Source: Takakia lepidozioides
Lineage: Eukaryota; Plantae; Bryophyta
Length of the DNA stretch: 64,000 nt
Direction of reading: 5' to 3'
NCBI GenBank assembly: GCA_030704615.1
Contig: CM060733.1
Location: 64,728,001 to 64,792,000, forward strand
Numbering within the stretch: position 1 is the first letter of the stretch; every line of letters starts with the position of its first letter. Shown piece by piece: positions 50,058 to 61,794 of the stretch. The position numbers and the translations under genes were made by a program. Under the pieces are notes generated by a model, which saw only the letters and a program-made list of their open reading frames with translations, was not told the origin of the DNA and ran no database searches.

Positions 50058-51545
50058 AGCTGGAATCGTACCAGATGTGATCCTGAACACTGCCCTGGTG
50101 GACATGTATGCCAAATGTGGGAGCATCGAGGATGCAAAGGGAGTGTTCAACAATATGGCTGAACGAAATGAGGTGTCGTGGAGTGCGATGCTCGCAGGGT
50201 ATACACAGTAGGGGCGCAAGATGGAGGCTTTGGAGACGTATGAGCAAATGATGTGTGAAGGGATGAAGCCCGACCACATCATGTTTGTGTGCGTTTGCAG
50301 TGCGTGTGCAAGCCTGGCAGCCCTGGAAAAGGGCAAAGAGGTGCATGGTGACATCGTCAGAGCTGGAATCGTACCAGATGTGATCCTGAACACTGCTCTG
50401 GTGGACATGTATGCCAAATGTGGGAGCATCGAGGATGCAAAGGGAGTGTTCAACAATATGGCTGAACGAAATGTGGTGTCGTGGAGTGCGATGCTTGCAG
50501 GGTATACACAGCAGGGGCGCAAGTTGGAGGCTTCGGAGATGTATGAGCAAATGATGTGTGAAGGGATGAAGCTCGACCACATCACGTTTGTGTGCGTTTG
50601 CAGTACGTGTGCAAGCCTGGCAACCCTGGAAAAGGGCAAAGAGGTGCATGGCGACATCGTCAGAGCTGGAATCATACCAGATGTGATCCTGAACACTGCC
50701 CTGGTGGACTTGTATGCCAAATGTGGGAGCATCAAGGATGCAAAGGGAGTGATCAACAATATGGCTAAACGAAATGTGGTGTCATGGAGTGCGATGCTTG
50801 CAGTGAATGCACAACAGGGGCGCGGGATGGAGGCTTTGGAGACGTATGAGCAAATGATGTGCGAAGGGGTGAAGCCCGACCACATCACGTTTGTGTGCAC
50901 TCGCAATGCTTGTGCAAGCTTGGCAGCCCCAAAAGGGCAAAGAGGTGAATGGTGACATCATCAAAGCTGGAATTGTACCAAATGTCATTCTGAACACAGC
51001 CATGGAAGCTCTGGAAAAGGGCTTGCAAAGAGGTCCATGGCGACATCATCAGGGCTGGAATTGTACCAAATGTCATTTTGAACAATACCCTGGTGGACAT
51101 GTATGCAAAATGTGGGTGCAGGAGCAAACATGTATGTTAAGTGCATGAGCATCATGCATGCATGCTCACGAAGTTTTCAACAAAATGTCTCAATGATCTT
51201 TGATCACGTGGAATATAATGTTGGCAGGATTTACCAAGCATGGGTGTGGTAGGAATGCTTTGGAGACCTATGAGCAAATGCTGCGCGAACATCACGTTTG
51301 TTTGTGTTTGCAATGCGTGTGCAAGCCTGGGACCTCTGGAAAAGGGGAAAGAGGTCCATGGTGACATCATTAAAGCTGGAATTGTACCAGATGTCATTCT
51401 GAACAATGCCCTGGTGGACATGTATGCGAAATGGGTGCATTAAGGATGTGAAGGGAGTTTTCAACACTATGGCTGAACGAGATGTGATGTCATGGAACGC
51501 AATGCTTGCAGGGTATGCAGAGCAGGGACATGGTATGGAGACCTA
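50058..51545 (+). pseudogene. PLS-class PPR repeat array, disrupted
   Basis: Near-identical 303-nt P-L-S triplets (KPDHITFVCVCSACASLAALEKGKEVHGDIVRAGIVPDVILNTALVDMYAKCGSIEDAKGVFNNMAERNVVSWSAM); TAG at ~50208; frameshifts downstream; cut 5' by the LTR. Confidence 0.9.
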
Positions 51546-52899
51546 TGATCAAATGATGGGGGAAGGGGGCACCTTCTTCAATAGCTCACAGCGGCTACAA
51601 GTAGGTAGATGGTCAACTGGAAACAGCAACGGCAGCAGCACAATTCATAAAACAAGGCGCTGCTAATGAAGGTACCTTCTTCAACATATTTCACCTTGTT
51701 TTCTCCTGCTATTAGAGTCGTCCCTAAATTTTAATGTTGAATTCTGCAAGTTAGCTCGTTGGTGGATCTATGGTAGTTTTGGAGTGATTTTGACATGTTA
51801 CTGCCAATGTGGTCGACAGGAAAGTATTGAAAAATAGATAACAGAGACTCGAGGAGAAGCTCTAGGATGAATACGTTCCCGACCTCAGTCAATGGTGGAA
51901 CAATCGAGGCAAAAGGTGAATGCCTGTTGGAAGCAGACGCAAGTCAACATAGGAACTAGTGTGATAAGTAGGGTTGGGGTGTTTGCTCAAGCAATTCTGG
52001 GCTGTCATTGTCAGCTGCTAGCAGCAAGGCGAGGATGTATGCATGATTTGTGCAGGGGCATGGATAGCTGAAGGAGCAGGGATAGATATGTGGGTCCAGA
52101 TTCATCCAAGAGGGCCGGATTTCAAGCTCCATATTACCTATGATTCCCTGTGGAAGGATAGGTACAAGAAACCTGCATGGGTAGATGGTCAACTGGAAGC
52201 CGTAGCAGCAGCGGCACAATTGATCAAATCAGGCACTGTTAATCAAGGCACCTTCTTCAACACATTTCATCCTGTTTTTTCCCTCTTATCAAATCGGCCG
52301 TAAGTATTGCACTGTTTAACAGGATCCTTGATTCTAGTAGCACCAGAACAAACTAGTATTACAACAATTCAGCCCATGTGTGGGCTTGCTTATTTTTTGC
52401 TTACTGGACCTTTTCAGGCATGGATTTTTGGACCTTGTGGCCTTTGAGGTGTCCATTGGGACATTGGTCTCATTTGGATTTTTGTAATATAATTTATAGG
52501 GCGTGTATTTCCCTGTACCTGTCTATTTTGAATATTCTTGTGGTTGCTAGTATGCAAGAGGGGTCCATTCTGTTTTTATATCAGAATTTCACCATATAAT
52601 GAAGAATTTAAATCAATTAATCTATTTTTATTTTATATAACATTATTAAATTAAACAATAATACCATTTAATAAAAAATTCCAAGCTGCTATCTCCTGTT
52701 TTCAAAAATAAAATATAAATTTAAGAATTTAAAATTACAAATATAACTATTAAATTATTTTCAGAGACATTCTTGATGACACGTGGCATAAACCCTGCCA
52801 TATATGCTAGTCATATATTATGTCTAAGTGCCACATGTCACATCTGAAGTGCCACAGGTGTCGTGACGTGTTCCTCGCGCAGTGGTACACGTGTTCCTC

Positions 52900-53169
52900 T
52901 AAAGCCTCTCCATGTAGGCAACGCTCATCATACAATGTAGTCATATAGTTAGTCGTATGTAAGTCATAGAGTTGTAACTACATCACTCTCTTATGCATGA
53001 CTCCAGGTGCCACGCACGCAGTCACGGCTATGACTTGCAAAATGCAGTCCTAAAGACTAGTCGCTATGACAGGGTTTTTTTTCACTACAGAGTGATGTAG
53101 TCATGAACGCATATAGGACTGAAAAAATAGTTATATGTGCAGTCATAAAAACGCTCATCTGTTGTAGTG
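52900..53169 (-). mobile_element. CACTA element terminus with subterminal repeats
   Basis: Reverse complement reads CACTACAACAGATGAGCG from 53169; repeated AGTCATA/ATGACT motifs. Confidence 0.65.
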
Positions 53170-53313
53170 GTGGTAACGGCCATATTGCATGAGACGGCGA
53201 ACCTATCGCCAAAATTTCCATATTATTAAGTTCATATCTATGTTCATAAGCCCCTGGCCATAGAGGACCATGGGAGGCATTGCTAACTAGCTTTATAAGT
53301 AGTTAAGCTATTT

Positions 53314-53668
53314 TGTAGAGAGTTGCCAAAAAAGGCAGAGCCCAGCACTAAAGTGCCGGCGCCTTACGCGTCTTTGGGCTGGAGGTCAACCAAGGAGGTT
53401 GCCTAGATCTAACACGGGTGGTGCGGCCTTTCCCCGTGGGGGAAGTTGACCCCAGGAGCAAAGTACGGGTTGCTGATACACTGCGTGGCAGCACTAGGCG
53501 CCATAGCTGGGCCCGCGCAGGTACGACACGAGTGGCAGAGACGACGGAGCCTGCTATTACCCACTGGACCCGCGCAGGCGGCGGGCCAGTCGCGCCGCGC
53601 CAGGTAGCGCTGGCCGCGGGGTATCGGTTTTAACCGCTGGATATTACGACGGACCCCGCCAGGGACTG
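53314..53668 (-). mobile_element. 3' part of the split solo-LTR-like element, inverted
   Basis: Reverse complement matches 3524-3896 and begins exactly where 33562-34172 stops. Confidence 0.85.
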
Positions 53669-53834
53669 TTGGTCCCTGGGACGGGTATTTTAAGGGGGGT
53701 TTTCTCCCTATGCCCTTGATTTCCTGTGCACTATTCATGGTGTTCTTCTTGCATGTGAATGAGGGCGTGTTTTAGCAAATGATAAGGAATGGTTGGAACC
53801 ATTGGATAGGCCCCAGTGAGGCCATCAGTTTGAT

Positions 53835-56800
53835 ATGTATTCCGGGGCATGTGAAAGCACGGCTTACGGGTGGATATTCCCAGCACGAGCACCGCAGTTC
53901 GATCTATTCTTGAAATTCTACGAGGGCTTCACATGGAGGGACACCGCTCGGAGCTGGCCGGGCTGGACTACAGCAAGTTTGCAATTAAATCGGTTACATG
54001 CCTTCCCGCAGACGTCGACGGTAATATCTTCTTTGAGTTCCCTCCTCGGACGGACTACTCGAGGGCGTCCGGAATGTTGACAGATATGGATAGAAAACAT
54101 GATGGTCATCCTTGGTGCGTCACCAAAACCACCAGCATGAAGATGCTCGATGGTGTGCGGGTGCGCTACGTTGTTTGTGCGGGCGCGTTGCGGTGTTTCT
54201 CCCCAACTTGCTTCCAATTTAAATCCAGAGGTCACAGGAACGAGACCGATTGGACAGGCACAGCTCATCAACCATTTTGTGCTCAGGAGAAGGTTCCGAA
54301 CTCCACATTTAAGTGTGCGCATTGCAAAGAACCACCACACTGCATGTTTGTTTGTAATGCCAAGCAGTTCTATGTATTGCACCGTTTCCCCTGACCTCAC
54401 CCGAGCTTGCATACATGTTGGTTCCCATTGTCACAAATTGGCGAGGGGGAACTCGCGGGAGGCTGCCCACGAGGCAGAGCAGCTCGTTCAGGAGGAGGTT
54501 AAGTTGAGACCGGGTGCCAAACCCAAACAGATACAGCTCCAAGCCGCCCATAAGATGGCCTTGGCCAGAATTATGTCGGAAGACGGCTCCGATAGAGTTC
54601 CTCTCGATGAGAAGGAAATGGAGGCATTGCTGGAGTTGGTGTCCCACGTATGTTCACCAAATGTCCGAAACCACATTGTCTCATGCAAACAGAAAATTGG
54701 GCGTGGCTCGGATATGCACTCCATTTTGGAGGTGAAGCGACGATGTGGATATGACTACATTCATGGAAGTAGGTTTCCAGGACAAGGGACTGAGGCAGAT
54801 CGTTGTTTCGTATTCAAAATGTCCACGTGTGGACCTGGCAGCGGCGTCGAACTGGTCGACAGGATGACGAGTGGGGACTTGTCAAACAGTTGGGTCATGT
54901 TCGACCATATCAAGCGAATTACAAATCACCAGTGGGTGACAATGGGTGCACATGTCTACGACACCCACTGCAGGATGCTAATGACAATTGCTATTTGTGA
55001 GATGAAATGAGAGGACACACAATCGGAGATGCTTCTTTGGCAGGGAATAAACGAACAGATGGCCAAGGCGGGATTGCCCCCTCCCAATTTCCGTGGTTTC
55101 ATGGCGGACAACGCACAAGCAAATTGGGGTGCCATCCAAAGGGTGTACGGGCAAGACCCCAATGTTCCCATGGAAGGCAAGGAGAGATCTTGTGGGTTCC
55201 ATTTTCTGCAGAGCCTTTCGCAGTACACTACCAGGCTCGTGGCGCCAGATTTCAGAGAGGAGCACCGTTCCATGTGTCTTGCGTGGAAGCGCGCTCCCAC
55301 CTTGGATGATGCAGAGACACAGTTTGCATGTATACGGGCTTGGTGGACATTGTCAGGTGCTCTAAGGAAATCAGACGAGGGAGCAATGGTCAGTTGGCTA
55401 GCATGGTGGCATTATCATTTCCTCCAGTTCAGCGACTATATGCGGGAGGTGAGTTGCACGAATTCGCGTCCCGTTGAATATTATTCTTGGCATTATTTGT
55501 AACTTTCTTGTAACCTCAACATGTGCTTGTGCAGGAAATGGGTCTCGACTCCGACACCGACATGCCCACGACAAACATTGCCGAATCAGTGCATTCTTCC
55601 TGGCGTGCCTCCTCTGCGGCGCATCTGGTGGACATCCTCACTGCCACAATGGAGGTCATTGTGAGGTCAATTATGCAGCAATGCAGGTACAACGAGTTCT
55701 TGAAAGGGAAACAGTGGGGCTTGGGGCCGGACAGGCAGGAAATGCTGATGCGGACTGCCTCCAGATCGAAGAATCCTTGGAAGTGGGCGGCGGCCTTACG
55801 AGAGGGCCTTCGGGACACGCCATTGCTTCGAAGAGGCCAACATTTGGAAGGAGATGTTCATACCCGTCCAGTGAGACGGAGACTTGACGAGGCACCTAGC
55901 GGGGAAGAGGATTCATGGCGAGCTGACAAGAATATTCGCACGCTCCCTCGTGGTCCCATGATGTTGCCCGAGGAGGTCTCGTCGAGCACCGCAAGTCCTG
56001 CACGTTCAAGATCGCCATCTCCTTTGAGCACAGGGCACGTGCCCGAGGAATATAACGAGCCATCTGTGGTAACGCAGTACAACATACCCATTGTGGAGAC
56101 AAGAGTGTCGGAGTCACAGTGGAGAATTGCAAGGACATTGCCGGCATTTCGAGGGAAGTGCTGCGCCATTCGGATGGATACGAGAGCACGCTGTGGTGAG
56201 ATGATTCGGAGGAACCCACACGGTGCTGTACCTGCACCTTGTTTCAGCGGCAGATTTTTTACTCCCACATTTGCTCACGCCACGTTTTGGTTTTGTAGGC
56301 ACGACATAATGACCTGTGTATTTGGCAAGCCCAAGTACGGGATTCAGGGAATGCCGGAGCCTTTGGGCGTCTGGCCTGTTGCACCGGGTTGCAGCCTCTC
56401 TCAGAATGAGGTGGATGCTCTATCTGCAGCAGGATTTCGAATGGTGCAACGCACAGATGTCCCGGCCCACGCATTTCCAGTTCCTCAGACCCAGCCATTG
56501 CAAACTGCTCGGTCCAGTAGAGACGGATTGGACAATTTTGCACATCCCACAATGCGATTCGGAAGAGTGAAGAGACGACACCCTCCGAACAAGTTGAATG
56601 AGACTCGGATTGCCAATGCTCTTGGGATGGCTTGCACTATTCAGAGCTCCGTGGACGTACCTCCACCCGGCCTTGGGCGTGTTTATCGGATGGCAACGGC
56701 TGGCTCGGCTGTACGCGACGACGTATACACAATTACGATTGGAGTGGAGCCGACTTGCAATTGTACGGACTTCTCGTTGATGGAAGCAAAGAAGGGTTCA

Positions 56801-56944
56801 AAGTATTATCCGTGCAAGCATCTTTATTACATTTACTTGAAGAGGTTGAGGATGAACGTGATTATTGATGACTTTATTCATGCACCGGCGTTGAGCGTGA
56901 ACGAGCTGCACAAACTCCTCCTTAGGGATTCCAGAAATCATTGA
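53835..56944 (+). pseudogene. Mutator-like (MULE) DDE transposase with N-terminal GCM/WRKY-like Zn finger and C-terminal SWIM (disrupted)
   Basis: DGHPW...CAGALRC...CAHC...HVGSHCH; WVMFD, FMADNAQANWGAI, CGFH, TTNIAESVH; CNCTDF...CKH; intron 55449-55534; frameshift ~54390; TGA at 55008. Confidence 0.85.
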
Positions 56945-57099
56945 TGGGGCAAAGTGAATCCTCCATATGGATATTTTCAATTGCATTTTCATGTATCAGA
57001 CTTTTTTTTGCAGTGTAATGAAATGCACCCCAAAACTCCTGGAATGAGGCCATATTCCATTCAAACTGAGATCCAACAGAAGCAGTTGTGGGGCTATTT

Positions 57100-57430
57100 C
57101 TGGAAAAATGGCGCCGAATTTCTCTATTTTGGGCCGAAAACTGGCTTAGTCCCAACATGCACTGGTACCCCTGTGTCTGGGAAAATGGTGCCGAATTTCC
57201 AGTTACATGGCCCAGAACTGCCCAACATCTGTGCAATCCCCGGCACCATGTACCGAAATTCGGCGCCACATTTCCAAATTTTGGGCTTACACACCTGTCA
57301 TGAGGGGACCTATAGCCGCGGAATTCGGCACCATTTTTCGCCAGAGAGACCTATTACCGCGAAATACGTCACGATTCTTTCCGGTTATGGACCCTATTAC
57401 CGTGAAATTCGGCGCCATTTTTGCACATGT
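57100..57430. repeat. Cluster of GGCGCC-centred quasi-palindromes downstream of the transposase
   Basis: GGAAAAATGGCGCCGAATTTC and GAAATTCGGCGCCA variants, same motif as 35500-37060 and 40405-41265. Confidence 0.8.
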
Positions 57431-57617
57431 CGCTGGGAATTGGCATGAGCGGAAGACGAAATATCATGAGCACAACTCTCAAAATTACAATTTCCCCTTC
57501 AAGGTGCCGAATAATATATTTGTTTTTTCTGACACATTCCATTAAATTAATGTTTTATAATGTTTTTTATTTTTGAAATTTGTACTTCTGCTCATGAAAA
57601 CCGATTGTCTTGCTACT

Positions 57618-57667
57618 CCGCTCATGCCGCTCATGCCGCTCATGAAATAGCTAACCTCCTATTTGTG
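57618..57667. mobile_element. MULE terminal repeat plus 9-bp TSD
   Basis: (CCGCTCATG)3AAATAGCTAACCTC ends at 57658; CTATTTGTG (57659-57667) is the reverse complement of CACAAATAG. Confidence 0.88.
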
Positions 57668-58427
57668 GGCCCATTAATGCATTCAGGGCAAGGGTAATGG
57701 AACCCTTTCCGAGTACAGAAAAGAGGGACTTATGCCACATGTGTTGTCCTACTGGACATTCCAGGTGGGAATGTCCACGGAGGGGGTGGAATTAAGAAGT
57801 TACCTAAGCAGACAACAGCCAATCAGGAGTGAGAATTTCATGCAGGTGGTTCCCTCCAAGAAACAAGAACAAGAAATTGGAAGTGTTATGAGCGGAAGAG
57901 TCGGGGTGGCTCCGAATAGCCAGTGTCTCGACGGGAGGGGCAATCAAAGCACTAGCTTTGTAGCTATGGTGGATGTAACGGATTACACGCTTGCTTTACT
58001 TCTCACGAAGTGGCGCAAGGACGGACGAATTGAGAGTACATTTTCTCTCACTCGATACTTGCAAACCCCACAGGCTTACACGCAATTACCTGTTCCATTC
58101 TGTGCCAACCATACCTTTATGCTCTGTGCCCTGCAAGTTTTCCTTCAGCTGTTTCAAACAAGACCTTTTTGTTTGTCCAGAATGAAGAGAGTGAAGGGAA
58201 TGGAGTATATCAGGGTGAAGAGCACCATGATTCTGCAGAAGCAAACAATTGCTACACCGCAGGCAGTGCAGCTGCTGAGGGAGTTGCGATTGGAGGGGCT
58301 GCTACGCAAGGACTGGTCCTTGCATCATCGGCAGTATATGATTCAATTTCTTCAGAACTTTGAGCCTCGGACAGGAGTTACCCAGGTGAGGGGAGTAGAT
58401 ATAGAAATCACTCCCCAGTACTTGCAG
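57659..58427 (+). mobile_element. Gypsy 3' internal region (continuation of 43853-50057)
   Basis: Homologous to the reverse complement of ~31740-32507. Confidence 0.88.
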
Positions 58428-59522
58428 GAGGTTTACTATTTCATGAGCCCATGAGCTCATGAGCCCATGAGCGTGCATCCACGGAATTAGAAATTATCTG
58501 CCGTTAGTGACGGTAATAGGGCATATATCCACGGTAATAGGCACTGTTTCTGAACTCCGGGGATGCGGCTAGGCCTATTGCGGCGCCGTTATTCACATTT
58601 AGGGTTTGGAAAAAGAATTAAAAATGGCAGGAGATGGGTTAATCACGGTGCCATAATACCAGCTTCGTGCTTCTCGAAAAATTTCTTGGTAGTGATGACT
58701 TGAGACCGGCCTATTGCTGCGACGTTTTTTTGTTTGTGGTCACCCAAAATTATAAAGTAATGTCTGACATTGGCTTATTGCAACACTATTATATCATTTG
58801 TAAAGGTCTTGTTGTTCCCAACACCTTATACTAGCCTATTGTTGTGTCATTTTTCTGTCAAAGATAAGAGGTCCCATCACATAATATAGTTGAATTGGTT
58901 TTTTTTAAGACTAAATAAATCCCACATTGACTGAAGAGAGGTTAGGAAATTGCCATTCACTCTCCACCCAAGCTTGCAAAGTGTCCTCCTCAGCGCCATC
59001 ACTTTCAGACGTGGACATAGCGATAAACTTGAGTACTTTGGCCTTGACAATTCTTGTATTGGGCCTCCCTCAATTGTATTCTCTCATTTCTTGCAGCCAG
59101 TAATTGCTCTACCCGATTAGGCCTCTCCGCCCTCCTAATGGATCTCTAGTAGCCGTGTTTGCATACAATGGGAAAAGAAATAAGAAGGGGAGGAGGAGAC
59201 CGAAGTTGAGGAGGCTCAAGTACGGGAGAAGCCGCTTCCCCCAATGCATGTATTTGAGTGAGTTGCACCATTGTAAGTGTGTTGGGTTCAATTATAGCGA
59301 CATCCATGTTTGACCATTATAAACCCTAAACGTTTGTTGACATATGGCAATATTTACATACTGCCATGTTACAGCCTTGCAGACTCGTCCAATGAGGAGA
59401 TGGTTGATGAAACAAAGACTGAAATACAAATGCAATTTTTTGCCAGAAGGTCCTTTCTTGCAGTCCTCATCGTCCTCATGCTCCTCCTCTGCTGGCAACT
59501 GCTGCAGGCCCACTACATGGGA
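58428..59522 (-). mobile_element. End of a second MULE family member (cargo-gene side)
   Basis: Starts GAGGTTTACTATTTCATGAGC, interrupting the Gypsy ORF; minus strand encodes SIRRAERPNRVEQLL (~59098-59142), similar to SIRRCSEPSRVQQIL at ~43325. Confidence 0.7.
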
Positions 59523-60739
59523 GAGGTTTACTATTTCATAAGCAGAAACCATGAGCCATGAGCCATGAGCCGCATGAGCCGCATGAGCGGTGAGCCGAAG
59601 TCTAAGATACGCGGATTTCATGAGCGGACTCCTCCAAATTTGGAAATGCGGCAGATTAAACAAGTATTAAAATAGTAGTTTTTTATTTGACCTTGCCATT
59701 TTTGGACGTTCCAGATCATGTAATGCGGTGAAGATATGTCGTCAGTAACAAGTCCGCTCATGGTTTTTTAGATCCGCTCATGGAAATAAGTGACCGTGCA
59801 ACGGGAAATCCAGTATACCACTGCAAAAGGACGTCGCATACTGGCCTGTATAGAGTATTCCGCGGTTTTACATGCCTTAACATTGGAATGAAGCTGACCC
59901 TTTTGCCGCGATTGAACCAATGGAGTCTGCACCAATAGAGTCTGCAGTACTTCACAATTCTGTCTTCTTCGGGTATTCGGCGGGAAAGATTTGCAACTGA
60001 ACTGGGAAATAAGGTGCCGCATTAGGGTTGGCACGTGCGAAATTTCGGAGCGGTTTGGTGTTGGCGAAGGCCGCCTCTACCAGTACCTACGACGATACTT
60101 GGAAATGCGGCGCCGCATTTCCTTGTCGGAGGTCGAATGAGGAAAGCAAGTTTTCGGAAAGCAGAAAAACATGAACCCTCCAACATACAAAAATACATGC
60201 ACGTGGAAACAAGTGAACGATATAGTAATATCTTAGTTCGAGCAAAACAGGTTACTGGTAGGCAAGACATATGTCGGACCTTTCTGTGGCCAGAGTCTGA
60301 GGTACTGGCAGCAGTACAGTTCTATTATCCGAAAAGGATGGGCGTACCATTGTATTGGGACCGCAAGCCAAGCTCACTGGTCCCCTGGATCCATATTCAG
60401 AAGAGTGTGAACCTCTTGGGGGCTCAACCCTGGTGCATGTATGAAGTGATGAGTTGTGGAATTACAACGGAGTCTCTTTAGGTACACGTAGTACAAATGC
60501 TTGCAAGGGCAGTATGATGCCCCCTTGTTTGCCATGATCTGGAAGTCGGTGCAATTGCAGGTGGGTAATTCTGAAATGGTGATGGTGTACACCTCATTGC
60601 GAACAGCTGAGCCTGCCGTGGCGATCTGATACACACGCCCGAATCCTGGTGGGGGCACTTCTGTCGAGCTCTGGATTGTACAGTTCATCCGAAGTGCATT
60701 CCCCATCCTTGTCTCGTTCACTTTTGAGGGAGGTCGCAA
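59523..60739 (-). mobile_element. End of a third MULE family member (transposase side, SWIM domain)
   Basis: Starts GAGGTTTACTATTTCATAAGC with CATGAGC repeats; ORF 60374-60739 closely matches the C-terminus of 55523-56944; palindrome at 60101-60122. Confidence 0.82.
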
Positions 60740-61056
60740 GCATCATGAGCGATCGCAAGCAATGTTGTTGCAGTAAGGCGATTCGATCCTCGGGGAGGAT
60801 CGTTCCTTGGCCTTGAAGTAGGCCAAGAAGAGTGCACTGGGAGGAGCTGAAGAGGCTCCACCCTTGGCCGGGACTTGGAGGAAGTCGGCCGAACTAGCTA
60901 GTGGAGAGTAGAGTCAAGTGTGGGGTTTGGTTCCTTACCATGGGACGCCATGGTACAGAAACAAACTCCTTGATGTGGGACGCCACAACTTGGATGTTCG
61001 TTTCTACAAAATGGACAAGTCGATGAGGACATCGACTCCCTATTGGTAGGGGTGTG

Positions 61057-61780
61057 TGTCGCAGCCCTTTGCCTTGAGGGCAGGGAGGTCGGGACACAAG
61101 AGGGGCTGCCCGTGTGGTGGGGGCAGTAGCAGCGATAGGTACGGGGGCTGAAGCACCCTTGAGTGCCCAAGGCACTCAAGGAGGCGGAGGCGCTCACTAG
61201 GTGGAGCCCCGCACACCGGGTTGCGGTGGGGGTGGCTCACAAGGGGTGGTGGTAACTTAGTGGGACTTAGTGGGGGTGGCATAGGACTCACCATGGGGGT
61301 GGAGACCTTGTGGTGGGAATCGTGGGGAGTCTTGGGACTCATCACGGTCCATAAGGGCCGTGGTGAGCGGGCCAAGACTCACCGCGACTCACCACCGGGA
61401 ATCGAGGGTCTTCGTGGTGGTTCGCCATAAAATGGCATGGCTGGTTGTGAAACCCCCGCGGACAGCTACAGAAGTATATATAGGGAGTAGTAACCCCGAG
61501 AACGGTGCAAGCCCGTTGGTGACCAAAAACTAGTGAGTAAGCGAGCGAGCCGGAAAGCGACCAAAGAGTGGGGAGCTGTTCCGGACTGCCATCTACCAAA
61601 GGGAATTCTCCTAGTCCCAATTAGGTGGAGGGTTTTAGAGGGAAGCGAAGGGGACCGTTATGTCCTGGTGAGCAGCCGAAGCTCCAAGTTGGCCCGACGG
61701 CCAGGTTGGGAGTCAGGCGCGCGCATCAAAGCGAGTAACTATGACTTGAAGGGGAGTTTACCGAATTGAGGTGCGCGACA
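61057..61780 (+). mobile_element. LTR (TGTCGC...GCGACA) of a chromovirus-like Gypsy element
   Basis: 6-bp terminal inverted repeats; followed by a PBS; preceded by a PPT-like tract. Confidence 0.78.
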
Positions 61781-61782
61781 CT

Positions 61783-61794
61783 TGGTATCAGAGC
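61783..61794 (+). promoter_or_regulatory. Primer-binding site, tRNA-iMet
   Basis: TGGTATCAGAGC 2 nt after the LTR end. Confidence 0.9.
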
